Below, in pieces: positions 10,588-22,369 of a DNA stretch of 64,000 bases. Below the pieces are notes generated by a model, which worked only from the letters and a program-made list of their open reading frames with translations, made no database searches and was not told the origin of the DNA. Source of the DNA: Fistulifera solaris (taxonomy: Eukaryota); contig AP026139.1 of assembly GCA_030295235.1 (NCBI GenBank), positions 434,001 to 498,000 of the forward strand, written 5' to 3'. Position 1 is the stretch's first letter. Every line of letters begins with the position of its first letter. The translations under genes and the position numbers were made by a program.

Positions 10588-13296
10588 ATGATCCGGTCCA
10601 ACATTGCTCTCGCAGTATTTCTGTTACTCTCCGGATGTAGTGATGCCTTGACAATTCCGGGAGGACGATCCGTTCGATCGTCATTCGTTCGGCAATCGGT
10701 TATGTTAGCGGCGGAACCGAAAAAGACGAAATCGATATCGCCGCGGTGCAGAAAGAAGCCGATGATGCTCTCAAGGCCGCGGAAGCCGCCCTGTCGAAAG
10801 GAAATAATGACAAGCCTGCATCTCCACCGAAAGCACCACCCACTCCCCCACCGCCCGTACAATTAGACCCGAAAGTCGTCGCCGCGACGAAAGCCTTCCA
10901 GAAAGCCGCGGCAGAATTTCAAGTCGAAGCCGTAGCGGCTGCTGTGGGTGCTGCAGCCGTCGGTGGATCCCTCGGTTTGACTTTGTTGGTGCAATATCCT
11001 TCCATTACCGCCTCCGTCGACCCTTCCGTGCCGCCATTGGCGGGGGCAACCTTGTTGGCGGGATCCGCCTTGGCCGTCGGCTTGCAAGATTCGCAACCGG
11101 GTCGGATTGTGCGCAATGTGCTCGGCAAACCCACCAAGGCCATTGGCACCGGCATTGCGAAATCCATCAAAAACTCGATTGATCGAACTGTCGATCGTGT
11201 TGTTTCGTTCCCGGGATATGTCGCGGAAGAAACCAAGAAGAAGGTGACGACGACGGTCCAAGAAATTGAGTCGGATATTAAAGCGTTTCCGAAAAAAGTC
11301 TCGGAAGCGGCTCTCGATGCTGCCGAGGACTTGAAGGAAGAGATCATTGCCACTCCGGGACGTATCGTGGAAGGAACCAAAGAAAGTGTACGGAAAACGG
11401 TGGAAGGAACCAAACAGGCAGTTCAACAGAAAACAAAGGAAACACAGGAGAAAATTGTTAAAAGTGTGGAGGAAGTGGTAGCTATTCCTACCAAGACAGT
11501 TGAAAGCATTGCTTCATTACTGGAAGGAGGTGAAAAGCGTGATCCGGAGGTCCCCAAACCGCCGAAATTACCACCGCCGGAAGAGGCCATTCGACAGGGA
11601 AGCAATCAAGTGCAATCCCACGCCTGGCGGCACCCAAGTTGAGTACACCACCACCGAAAGCTCCGCCCAAAGTTCAGCCGGCTCCACCGAAAGCGGCACC
11701 CTTACCCAAACTGGATGTGCCCAAGATTGAGATCCCCAAAGTAGAAGTGCCAAAGATTGAGATTACCAAAGTGGAAATTCCCAAAGTAGATATTCCCCGT
11801 GTCGACCTCCCCAAACTGGATCTCCCCAAAGTAAAAGTACCGGAGGAAACTACGCCGGTAGTTAAGAAATCAGCAAAGAAGAAGAGCACCGCCAATGAAG
11901 GAGCACAAGTCACGGCGTCGGTTAAAGCCCTCATGGCAGAATTGTCTGCTGAGAAGGTTGCACCTGCCGTTGCGAAAACCGACAATACCGTAGCAGAACG
12001 TCGTCGTGCGGAAGAGGAAAGTCGCAAACAGGCGGAAAAGGCAAAATTAGAGCAAAAACAAAAGCAAGCCCAGTTAAATGCGCAGAAAGCCGCCGAACGT
12101 GCCAAGGCTGCGGAGCTGCAACGTCAGCAGCAAGAAGAACGCAAGAGACTGCAGGAAGCCCAACAAGCTGAAAAGGTTCGACTTGCCATGGAGCAGAAAC
12201 AGAAGCAAGAACAGGCCAGCGCTCAAAAAGCAGCAGAACGTGACAAAGCATTGGAAATCCAGCGTCAACAACAGGAAGAGCGTAGAAGACAGCAAGAAGC
12301 AAAGCAAGCCGAGGCGGAAGCTAAGCGTGCTGCTCAGCTGGCTCGTCAAGAGGAGCAGAATCGCAAGCTGGAGCAGCAGCGCGCCGAGCAAGCTGAGAAA
12401 CGACGAGCCGCGGCGGAAGCGGCTCGTCTAGAGGCTGAACGTCGGCAGCAAGAACAAGCACGTCTTCGCGAAGAAAAACTAAAAGCTAGTCAGCAAAAGG
12501 AAAAGCCACAAGCAGTCGCGGCTGCACCGCGGCCCAGTTTCTTGCTTGGTACTCCTAGTCAAAGAGCATCTGCCGCAGCACCCCGTGGAGTGCCAACTAT
12601 TGCATACTGGCGTAAACGCGCCGACAACGGTATCTCAGGAAAGATCTACGGATCGCCCAATTTTAAGGACGGGGAACGCGTGGAAACATCCGCAATCACG
12701 TTTGGGCAAATAGAGAACGGATATGTGGTTAAGACGAGCAGCGGTTCTCGTTACTTCCTCAGCAGTACTCCACCTGCACCTGGCAAAGCTGAAAAGGCTC
12801 TTGAATCCGCAAAGCCGGGTGCTACCATAAACTTGAGTAATATATTTAGCGGCAGTGCAAATGCTGCCCAGGCCCAGAAGGCAAAGCCACGGTCCACTCA
12901 AGCTAGCCCACAGCCTAGTACGACATTCTCTCTGTTTGGAAGCAGTGGAACAGTAACCGTAGCGCCGCCGAAGAAAGAATCCGTTTCCAAATCAGTTAGT
13001 GTGAAAGCCGACAGTCCACCCCGTGCCACGTTTTCTTTGTTTGGGCTTGGTCAGGCAGAACCAGAAAGTGCACCTACGGCAAGTAAAGTTACGAAAAGCA
13101 AACCCAGCGCCCCGCGTGGCGTGCCGACCCTAAGAAATTGGAGAAAAATGGAGACAAATCCGTCACGGGGAACATCTCGGGTTCACCCAATTTTAAAGAA
13201 AATGAAAAAGTGACAACAAGCCCTATCGTCAAGGGCAACATAGCTGCAGGAGAAGTTGTGACCACAGGAAGCGGATCGCGCTACTTCCTGAACTAG
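10588..13296 (+). CDS. Large modular, probably plastid-targeted membrane protein of unknown function (frameshifted)
   Basis: Signal peptide plus transit-like region, hydrophobic hairpin, amphipathic repeats, PK[VIL][ED][VIL] repeats, E/R/K/Q/A helix and two PRGVPT..W...GSPNFK...SGSRYFL domains. Frameshifts at ~10720, ~11590-11640 and ~13150; stop at 13294-13296. Confidence 0.8.
11705..11842 (+). repeat. Coding pentapeptide repeat (PKxEx/PKxDx), about 9 units
   Basis: PKLDVPKIEIPKVEVPKIEITKVEIPKVDIPRVDLPKLDLPKVKVP, i.e. 15-bp periodicity. Confidence 0.9.
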
Positions 13297-14154
13297 ATAA
13301 GATGGTGACAGTTCATCGAACGATCCGGTCTTTCTAGTGTGGTGCTATTGATTGTCAACAGTTTTAACCACGAGAATGCCAAAATAGAAATATTCCGCAA
13401 TCCAAAGCATAATCATAATGCCAAGTTAGTGAAGTTTGTGTTTAATTGGGTTATAATTTGAATTTGTTTTCACGAGTGCATTGCAAATACCTCAGAGCTT
13501 CAGAAGTGTTTGCTCCCAGCTATGCTGGAGTTACTCGACTCCCCCTCATCAACATCCCCCCTCGGAATTCTGGAAACAGCTCGTAAAGTCGGGACCGTAG
13601 GTTGTTAGTTGGTAACCAGAGCTGCTGTAGGTCCTGAAGACGGATACCAGGTACGAATAAACAATAGAATATTTGCACTCAGCCTCCAGTCTCCAGCAGC
13701 CAGTCACCTTAGACTTGGAAAGCTACTCCGCCGGCAAAGTACAATTAATTTACAGTATGGAACAACTGTACTTGAGTATTTCCGATATCGGAATGACCGT
13801 GTCATTACAGTGTGCGGAATGTAGAGATGAAGTAACAAGTACTATAAGAACGATAATGAACGTAGATCACGGAGTATCACTATGACCGTTAGCGGATTGT
13901 CGGTGTCCGATGCTAGTACGGTATCTACTTAAAGCTTCAAAGTAAAGTATTCTTTATCACCGGCCGAAACTCCAACGAACAGGGAAAATTGCGAAGGATT
14001 CAAGACGGGATTGCCTTTCTTCTCGGAAATTTGATTTTTGGACGAAAACTCGAATAACACCGTTCTTCATAAAAAACATCTTAGTCAACATAAATCAAAG
14101 AATGACCAAAGCATTCATTAACTAGGGAATCAATTGATAAAACATACGCATACT

Positions 14155-14652
14155 ATGGGATTTATACCGCCAACATTTGTTTCTCTCCAGCGACACCACT
14201 CCAGACGAAAGCGCGTAGCCTTTTCCCTCCAGAACGAGACGATTTATGTGCCATCTTTTGTCACCTCCTTCTTTCCTAACGAGGAGGAAGCAAGCTCGAG
14301 AAAGTCCGATTTATGGTACCGACCAGCCGACTTGGCTGGATTCCGTGAAGAAGCCCGCAGCTTGTGTCGTCGATGTCCGAGCCTGCTGTCCCAAGAAAAC
14401 TTGCGCGGCTTGGAACAGCGACTTTGCCCGGAACGCAAACGTCGCAAATATGTATCCAACCGATGCATAGTGCATGCTTCCAAGAAGAGGGACGCGGACC
14501 ACTTGGCGGCCCTTTGCCGAAAGATCAATGAGTGGTCTACCGAGCTGGCTGTGATCGAAGGTGCTCGAGATTTTGACCGCGCCTGGTGTGACGAACGCAA
14601 GCGCCTTGTCGAGACGGATTGCTCTCGTTGTGTCAGACAGCGACATTCATGA
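14155..14652 (+). CDS. Hypothetical protein of a common diatom family (RVxF...LWY...RGLE)
   Basis: KRVAF, SDLWY and LRGLE motifs; intact ORF from the ATG at 14155. Confidence 0.7.
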   Translation: MGFIPPTFVSLQRHHSRRKRVAFSLQNETIYVPSFVTSFFPNEEEASSRKSDLWYRPADLAGFREEARSLCRRCPSLLSQENLRGLEQRLCPERKRRKYVSNRCIVHASKKRDADHLAALCRKINEWSTELAVIEGARDFDRAWCDERKRLVETDCSRCVRQRHS

Positions 14653-15244
14653 ATTTGTTATGCAATTTTCTCATCCACGATTTCGTCGGTGGCAATCAGA
14701 TAATCTTTTCGCAACAGGTTCACGAACCGTAGCCCTTGCTCTTTGTACACACATGCATATAAACACTTCACAAACCTTTATTTGATAAGCGCTGGTTGTC
14801 AATTCGAATGCACTTTAAAGTGCGGAATATTTGTTGTTAGCCTAGATATTCTTTTCCCTTTCTCGGTCCCGTGACCGTGACTGGGTCACGGGTCCCGAGT
14901 GTACAGGAACTCGTGGAACAAGCTCTGTCACAAGGGTACCTGAGGATAGACATATTGAGTAACAGTTCCGTTCTCTCTCCATATGAAAAACAAAACGGTT
15001 CTTTTTTCATCGATCATCGTCATCGGCAGCTCCATCGTCCCTGGATTAATCATTACTGCCATTATCTACCAGTAGTTAAGACTATGTTGTTCTTTTTTAT
15101 CAAAAGAACATCTCTCTAGCATCAAAGTAAAGAAATAAGTGGCTTTGCAAGGTTGCTTCATTCCAAGGAATCAAACATTTCTTCTCACTCAAGCCAATCG
15201 CCCCTCGACCATCACATCATCAAACATATTACTCGACAAAAGAG

Positions 15245-16287
15245 ATGTTCAAAGCCACACTCACCATTGCGTGGATCACATGCGTCGCGCAGGCATGGAT
15301 CGTACCCCATCCGCAGAACCGCCCCAGTACACAACTGCACGTTGCCGCCAAAATCGGACGTGGCTTCCAACGCGTCAAAGATTCCTTGACTTCCGCCGAA
15401 CGCAGTCGCGAAGATTTGAAGATTGGGATTGCCGGTTTCTACGATCGGAGCACCAAGTTGTGGGAAGAAGTGTGGGGCGATCATTTGCATCACGGCTATT
15501 ACGTTCCGGCGGATCGTACGGATCACAAACAGGCACAAATTGATATGATTGATGAAGTGTTGAAATGGGCCGGTGTCGATCAAGCGACGCGTGTCGTCGA
15601 CGTGGGTTGCGGTATCGGTGGATCGAGTCGTCATATCGCTCGTAAGTTTCCCGGTTGTCAAACTGAAGGTATTACGTTAAGTCCCTATCAAGCCGGACGA
15701 GGTAATGAATTGGCAGCGGAACAGGGATTGGCGAACCAGTGTCGGTTTCAAGTGGCCGATGCGTTGGATATGCCGTTTGCGGACAATTCGTTTGATTTGA
15801 TTTGGAGTCTCGAGTCAGGAGAACACATGCCCGACAAGAAGCAGTTCATCAATGAGTTGTTTCGAGTCTGCGAGCCGGGTGGACGTATCATTGTGGTGAC
15901 TTGGTGCCATCGTGATTTAGAGCCCGGAGAGACCTCACTCACCAAATCGGAGGAAAAATTACTTCGAAAGATCAACCGGGCATATTATCTTCCCCAATGG
16001 TGCAGCGTTAAAGATTATGTCGATTTGATGGAAGCACAGGGGGCGACAGACGTGAAGAGGGATGATTGGTCGTATATTATTGCTCCATTTTGGAAGGCGG
16101 TTATCAAGTCTTCCCTTAATTTGAAATCGGTGATTGGACTGCTTCGGTCAGGTTTCAGTACGCAGCGCGGAGCTTATGCCATGTTCCTCATGTTGCGAGG
16201 TTACAAAAGGGACTCATCAAGTTTGGTTGCCTAACTTGCACCAAACCAATGTCAAAAAAGACCGAAAAAACAGTCACCATCCGTTGA
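15245..16287 (+). CDS. VTE4: Gamma-tocopherol methyltransferase, plastid-targeted
   Basis: GIAGFYDRST.LWEEVWGDHLHHGYY, VDVGCGIGGS and WSLESGEHMPDK. A frameshift at ~16208 restores the C-terminal GLIKFG..TC.KP. Confidence 0.92.
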
Positions 16288-16379
16288 CCAGAATAGCGAG
16301 GCGTCCTAATTTCAAAGCATTAATCCCATTCAAGGAAAAACTTATTAATTTTATCATCTAGCTATAGTCTAAATGCATT

Positions 16380-17628
16380 TCATATTCCTCCCCCGACGTA
16401 AAATTCCTTATGAAATTCGTATTGACGCATGTCTTCTTCTAATCTTGCTTTCGTCAACACTTTGCCATTGTTGTCCAACCCATGTCCCTGCATTTCGACA
16501 CGGAAAAGTTCCCGTGGTGAAACATGCGGAAGCCCTTCGTCAAATAAAATCAATTCCCTTGGCTTCAACTCAATCCATTCTTCATCGTTGGTCAAAGGGG
16601 TAGTCGCCACAATACAAATTTGTCGGCTCCGAGATGTCTTGTCGTTGGCTGAACCATTTGGGAACGACGATTTCTCGCATCCATTCGTAGAATTTCCCGG
16701 TATCGATACAGTCACCGCATAATCCTCATCCCCCAAACAGGTCGAACGAGACCGTACTGTGTAATGAAGACCATTCCATGTCGAGGAACCCGGTCGCCTT
16801 CCGGGATAACTATATACCCACAACGCGTGTGGCCCACAAGCCAACAAAAAGTTCAAAATAGTCCCCTGCGGATCATATTCGATAATTTCATCACAGAGGG
16901 CACGGATTCGGTCGTGCAGGACCGGCAAACTCGGCATAGACCCCGTAAACTCAGCCCGCAAGGAATTGAGAATCGCACAAAGGCTTTTTCCGAGTCGGTG
17001 GTGCCGACCGGATAATACATACGATCTCCCGGTATGTTGCCGAGCCAAGTGTCGGGATGATCGTCAAATAAGGGAATCTGTCCATTGTGACAGAAACTCC
17101 AATTCAAAGCCCACATTCTGATAATGCGAAATGGATCGTGTCATTAGTACGGTGCTAAATCCTTTCGAGCAATCCAAAGCACATCACGAAACTTACTCAC
17201 GACAGAAGGGATGAACATTGGCCAAATCCACTTGCCCCGAGGTCGCATACCGTATATGCGCCAACACATTGCTGGCTTGTATGTTTTGTTGGCCCAAAAA
17301 TTGTGCCAAGGGACTCGTCGAAGCCGCTTCGATATCATGAAATTGTCGGAGACCATTGTTGGCATAATACACGAGACCCCATCCATCGGCATGCACGTCG
17401 GTCGCACCACCGCGTTGACAAAAATCCGGCCACGACAAACCGAAATCGGTCGGTGCGGCACAATTCATTCCCAGCAATTGGCAAAATAATGAGACTGGAT
17501 GGTTTCGCGGTGATGCGGCCGGTCGTGACGCGGAAAAGGCCTGGCCTATTGGCAGTAGTGTCACAAGGACGGCGCCCAATAAACAAGCGACTTTTTCTTT
17601 TTGCGCCTGATTTTCGTTGTCGTTTCAT
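16380..17628 (-). CDS. Class II glutamine amidotransferase (YafJ/GATase_4-like Ntn hydrolase) with N-terminal targeting peptide
   Basis: CQLLGMNC..PTDF, RGG.TDVHADGWG, AHIRYAT, NVHPF, FCHNG, GTTDSE and ATTPLT..EEW. Intron 17118-17196; frameshifts at ~16980 and ~17595; start codon approximate. Confidence 0.88.
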
Positions 17629-18040
17629 TCTTCTGCCTTGTTGTACGTTTGGAAGTAGCTTATATTTTGTTGTAGGGAGGGTCATGCAACAGTTTCATGG
17701 ACTTTGTGGGTTCTTCGTCGGAATAAAAAAAAGCGAACCGCAAAAAACGTTTTCTCCTCTCACGTCTCACGTCTATCGCAAACGCGTTGTCTTTTGTCCG
17801 CCGCGGATGACAGTAAATATCTTATCGGTACAAAAACAGCTTAATTAACACGAATTGAGGAATGATACAAGAAAGAGACAGTTCGTTTTGAAGTACGAAG
17901 AAAAATTCCGCGATCCTCGCATCGTCGCACGTCTCGCACACACGCAATGTCGTCCGTCGCCATTCATGTGTTGACGATGCCCTCCTAACAAACGAATTAC
18001 TCCGTAACACCTTTTCTTAGTTTTTCAGTTATGCTGGGTC

Positions 18041-19237
18041 ATGTCCACCCAAGACTTGTTCCTATCACCCGATGAACGATACGATGTTTGGGTTGTCAAG
18101 GCAGCCGAACGTCCCCATCTTCTCGAAGTTCATTCGGATGAAACGAAGAATGATGCCGATCCTCCCTTGACCGATGGCTGTGATATTCCGGGTTGGCGCC
18201 ACGAACAACTGGGGATGAATAATAATTCGCAACATTTAGAAGGCATACTGGAATCGATCGGCCCCGGAAGTACGTTGCTGCGACGGGAAAGTATGTTCCC
18301 CGTATTTTCGAATAAAACACCCTGGGATGACTTGCGACGACAATTGTTACAAGAACCGGTTCAAACACCCCAACGATTCGCTTACAACCAATTACAAGGA
18401 GCATTGCATCCGGATTTTGAAAGAGAAAATTGGCCCGCGATCATCGATGGCTGTACGGAATGTTGGCCCGCTATGGAAACCTGCCGTTTTCAAAATCTTC
18501 TCCACAAATATGGTCACCTGGAATGGCGATTCTCCGACACGCACGGAGAGACGATGCGTTTGGACACGTATCAAAAATATATAACCGGTTTGGAAGGTCA
18601 GAGTGATGATGCGCCCTTGGCCATTTACGATTCACAATTTCATCACGACGAACGCGCTGCTCTCTTGGACGAATACCAGGTGCCTTCCTGTTTTGATACC
18701 GATCTGTTTGACTATTTGAGTGACGATGATAGTGATGAATCCTCGCAGCGACCTCCCTATCGATGGATCTTGATTGGACCTTCGCGTTCGGGGACCGGCC
18801 TTCATGTGGATCCGGTCGGCACGCATGCGTGGGTCACTCTCGTTGAGGGCTGTAAACGCTGGATATTGTTTGCGCCCGAAACAGATCGGAACAAGATACA
18901 TATGCGAGACCCTCAAATTCCGTCTTCCATTTGGTTTCACAAGTATTATCCCGAAGTATTGAAACAGGTGGAACAGGAAGGGCGAATAACTTATGTGGAA
19001 GTTCTACAACGTCCCGGAGAAACTGTCTATGTACCTGCAGGATGGCCTCATTTGGTGCTCAATTTGGATTTGTCAGTCGCCATTACTCAAAACTATGCAA
19101 CTGAATACCCGTCCACGGCTGCTCTGTGGAGCGAAATCAATAAGGCTGAACCTGCTTTGGCACGTCGTTTTCAGGCAGCCATTCAAAAGACGCGTCCGGA
19201 CTTACTCCATGATAACACCTTGACCGCGCAGCTATAA
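18041..19237 (+). CDS. JmjC-domain (JMJD6-like) 2OG/Fe(II) oxygenase
   Basis: RPPYRWILIGP.RSGTGLHVDP, G.KRW and QRPGETVYVPAGWPHLVLNL give the HxD...H triad. Confidence 0.9.
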   Translation: MSTQDLFLSPDERYDVWVVKAAERPHLLEVHSDETKNDADPPLTDGCDIPGWRHEQLGMNNNSQHLEGILESIGPGSTLLRRESMFPVFSNKTPWDDLRRQLLQEPVQTPQRFAYNQLQGALHPDFERENWPAIIDGCTECWPAMETCRFQNLLHKYGHLEWRFSDTHGETMRLDTYQKYITGLEGQSDDAPLAIYDSQFHHDERAALLDEYQVPSCFDTDLFDYLSDDDSDESSQRPPYRWILIGPSRSGTGLHVDPVGTHAWVTLVEGCKRWILFAPETDRNKIHMRDPQIPSSIWFHKYYPEVLKQVEQEGRITYVEVLQRPGETVYVPAGWPHLVLNLDLSVAITQNYATEYPSTAALWSEINKAEPALARRFQAAIQKTRPDLLHDNTLTAQL

Positions 19238-19667
19238 AAAAGTCAATAATTGGTCTACCAGGATACGTAGCGCTTGCATCTAAAGACTACTTTGCTCCGC
19301 CACCAGTTAGAATTGCGATTATAAATGTTAGTGTCCCAATCTGCGATCTGTAACGAAACGAATGCTAGATTCCAGATTCCGGTCTGAGAAACAAAACACG
19401 TCAGCCGTCCGTACCTTGACCGTAGTGGTCGGCTTTAAGCACCTTTGCAGCAGGGTAGATGGTTTTATTTCGAAAGGATCTTTTGTAGGAAAACTGAAGA
19501 GCACAGTTGAAGAACCCACGGAATGTGCAGTAGAACTGACTGTGGGGAAACCGGTGTCACAACAAAAACATCGAAAGAAGCGAGATCGCTGGTTCAACAA
19601 CAACTCAATCTGGCCCGCTGCGAAGATACTTTGCAACTATTTGATTCAATCAACACCTTAATTTACC

Positions 19668-19979
19668 ATGAAATCGTTTATCGCAACATTGCTTCTAACA
19701 CTCTTGGTCGCCTCGTGCAGCGCCTTCCAATCCGCACAGAACCCTCGTTTGGCGTCAACCAGCCTCGATGTGTTTGGAGGCAAAAAGGCACCGAAAAAGG
19801 AAGATAACGCGTGGCTACAAGGACGAGGCAAACGTATCACGATCCGTGATGATGAAGATGCGGCCATGTGGATTGAGGAACCCAAAGATAACAAGAAGAA
19901 AGCCGCTGCCCCTGCCGGAAAGAAGCCCGTGGCCAAGAAAGCTGAAGCTCCCAAGAAGAAGGGATGGTTCAACTTTTAA
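19668..19979 (+). CDS. Small plastid-targeted hypothetical protein
   Basis: Signal peptide ending CSA-F, core RITIRDDEDAAMWIEEP and a Lys/Ala/Pro-rich tail ending KKKGWFNF. Confidence 0.8.
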   Translation: MKSFIATLLLTLLVASCSAFQSAQNPRLASTSLDVFGGKKAPKKEDNAWLQGRGKRITIRDDEDAAMWIEEPKDNKKKAAAPAGKKPVAKKAEAPKKKGWFNF

Positions 19980-20469
19980 ATCTTCATCTGCCTTAGATAC
20001 CGCCCCCTTATATTGGCTCATTAATTGCTTACTTTGAGCTGATTTGCAAAACGTAAGATTCTTACTTTTGAATGATTCTTTTGGTGACGCTCCTAGTTCT
20101 GTCCAAACAGGCTAATTCTAGTATCGCGGCATTGAATTACTATTCCCTGCTAAAGTGTTAGTCGGCGAGGCATCGTTCTAAATGCGTTCGACGGCATGGA
20201 AGCAACAATAGCTGTGATCCTCATTCGGTGCCTCGCCGTTTCATTGGCTCCACAGTATCTTTGTTGAGTCCCTAATAGCTGGGTCTCTTGAATGCGACTA
20301 TAAGCAATTTAGTACGACGTACCTGCCGATCGGCAGTACTGCTTCTGCACAAAAACATCACCATCAGCGCAATGGAAGCATAATCGACCTTCTTCGTTTG
20401 ACTTTATGCAGTCACTACCTCCTTGTAAATCATCGCTCGTTCAATTATTCCTGTATTCAACAAAGGACA

Positions 20470-21923
20470 ATGTTTCGGCCCGATGGGCGTTGCTCATCTC
20501 TTTGGAGACGTTCCTTTCGGCACATCAAACGAACGAAGAAACGCTGTGCGTCGACGAAAGGCTACCAATCTATTGGGAGCTTTCATTCAGAAAACCTCGC
20601 AGATTTAGTCAAAGCCTCAGAAGACACTTACACAGCACCTACATTGCCCTTTCCAGATGATGTACGTGAAGTAGTCTCTTCTCCGTATTCACTCGATCTC
20701 CAGCAGTGGACTTTTCTCAATCATGGAGCATTCGGTGCGGCCTTGACAGTGGGGACACGACGTGCTGAACAATGGCGCCATTACATGGAACTCCAGCCAC
20801 TGCGATTCTTTGACCGAACATTATTGCCACACCTAGCGTATTCTACCCGACGCTTATCAAATTTCATTCATCTTCCTCGGAGAGAAGAAATGGCGCTAAT
20901 TCCCAATGTGACATTCGGCATGAATAGTGTCATCAGCAGCTACTTTCGGGAATACGGCAAAAGCGGGCATGTTATCCTTTGGGATACGTCATACGGAAGC
21001 GTCAAGAAAATGACACATCATTACGGCTTTGATGCGGTGACCGAAATTCCGTTTCAGCGCTTGTACCTGGATGGCTTGGCCCAATCATCGGACCCCGAAC
21101 AAGTCTTTGTGCAAGCCTTACAAGACTGTTTGTACCAATTTACAGCTTCTACAGAACCTCTGATGATTCTCGATCACGTGTCATCAAATACGGCCTTGAC
21201 CTTTCCCATACAAAAACTGGCTTCTGCCATACGCGAATGGAATCCGCATGCTGTCATAGTCGTGGATGGTGCACACGGGTTGCTGGCTCAGCCCCTGAAT
21301 ATGGATCAAGTCTTTGATAGTGGAGTGGACTTTTATTTATCAAATGCTCATAAATGGCTATCGGCTCCGCGTGGGGCGGCCTTTTGGCGATCAACAAATA
21401 CGAATCTCGATGGCAGAACATCTTGCATCCAGCAGTCTATTCTCACGGCGGTGATGCTGACGATTTACTCAGTCGCTTTGTGTGGGATGGGACTCGTGAC
21501 TATGCTGCTGCTTTAAGTTTACCTGTTGTTTTGGATTTTTGGGAACAACAAGATCCGTCCCACGTACGAGACAAAATTCGAAAGCAATTGCGCGAAGGCA
21601 TTCACATTTTAGCAAAACATTGGCATCCCGACTACGCCGACGACATGGACCAGTGGCCAGGAAACATAACGCTAGCAGGTTTAGACTCGACTGTACTCTC
21701 TTCTCCCATGATACTGGTCAAACTCCCATTTCAATCCGATCATATGTATGATTCCAGCGATGCGAAAGCGGTGCAAGACTATTTGTATTCCAAGTACATT
21801 GAGGCACCAATCAAATGCATTAACGGAGAGCTTTATGTACGAGTATCATGTCACATCTATAACTGCTCTGATGACTTTGTGATGCTGGCGAAGACGATCC
21901 AGTCGTTCCCTGTAGTTAGGTGA
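20470..21923 (+). CDS. Class-V PLP-dependent enzyme (Egt2/CefD/L-cysteine desulfhydrase-like C-S lyase)
   Basis: FLNHGAFGA, VDGAH, SNAHKWL (PLP Lys), WDGTRDY and YVRVSCHIYN; frameshift at ~21385. Confidence 0.88.
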
Positions 21924-22225
21924 TTGGAAAGTATACATGGTAGCGTTGGCTTCCAGCCGTGCAGATTAATGCATACTTACCTGGTAATGAACGAACATAA
22001 TCACACTCACTAGGGCATAGAAAGCAGAAGACCCAACTATGTGCAAGACTAGAGCCTTGTCTACGGATTACTTTAATTTAAGAAGGACGTTTAGCTAGTA
22101 TGAAAGACCCCTTAAACCTGAAACCTTGCATATTATTTATTCCTACCAAAGACAAAGCCCAACCGAATCCGCGATACCGCTATGACAAAAGCTGATTTTC
22201 GTCCCCACCGGTGCCTGTACGACAT
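21820..22225 (-). CDS. Candidate 82-aa three-exon single-TM ORF, antisense to the 3' end of the PLP enzyme
   Basis: Exons 22225-22147, 22060-21981 and 21909-21820. Introns are 86 nt (gtagga..ccgtag) and 71 nt (gtaagt..ctaac..tacag), with compatible phases. No recognisable homology. Confidence 0.35.
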
Positions 22226-22369
22226 TGTCGTACTACAGTATAACCCCTACTTCGAGACGAAGATCAACATCGAAGATTGGATGTGCATTTGCACATTATT
22301 ATTTGTTGATCATGTTGATAATGGTGTATCTATTTGGATCGTCATCCTTTACATGAATGAAAGAATACA

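Noticed and set aside
13500..13930. Short ORFs and palindromes (ttccgatatcggaa)
   Set aside because: No coherent exon structure or protein motif; consistent with intergenic DNA.
14862..14899. GC-rich imperfect hairpin (cccgtgacc...ggtcacggg)
   Set aside because: Single short stem with no recognisable RNA family or second copy.
21973..22140. U1 snRNA-like start ATACTTACCTGG
   Set aside because: No stem-loop II ATTGCAC loop, Sm site or terminal hairpin follows. Better explained as the reverse complement of a splice donor or the TACCTGGTA motif.
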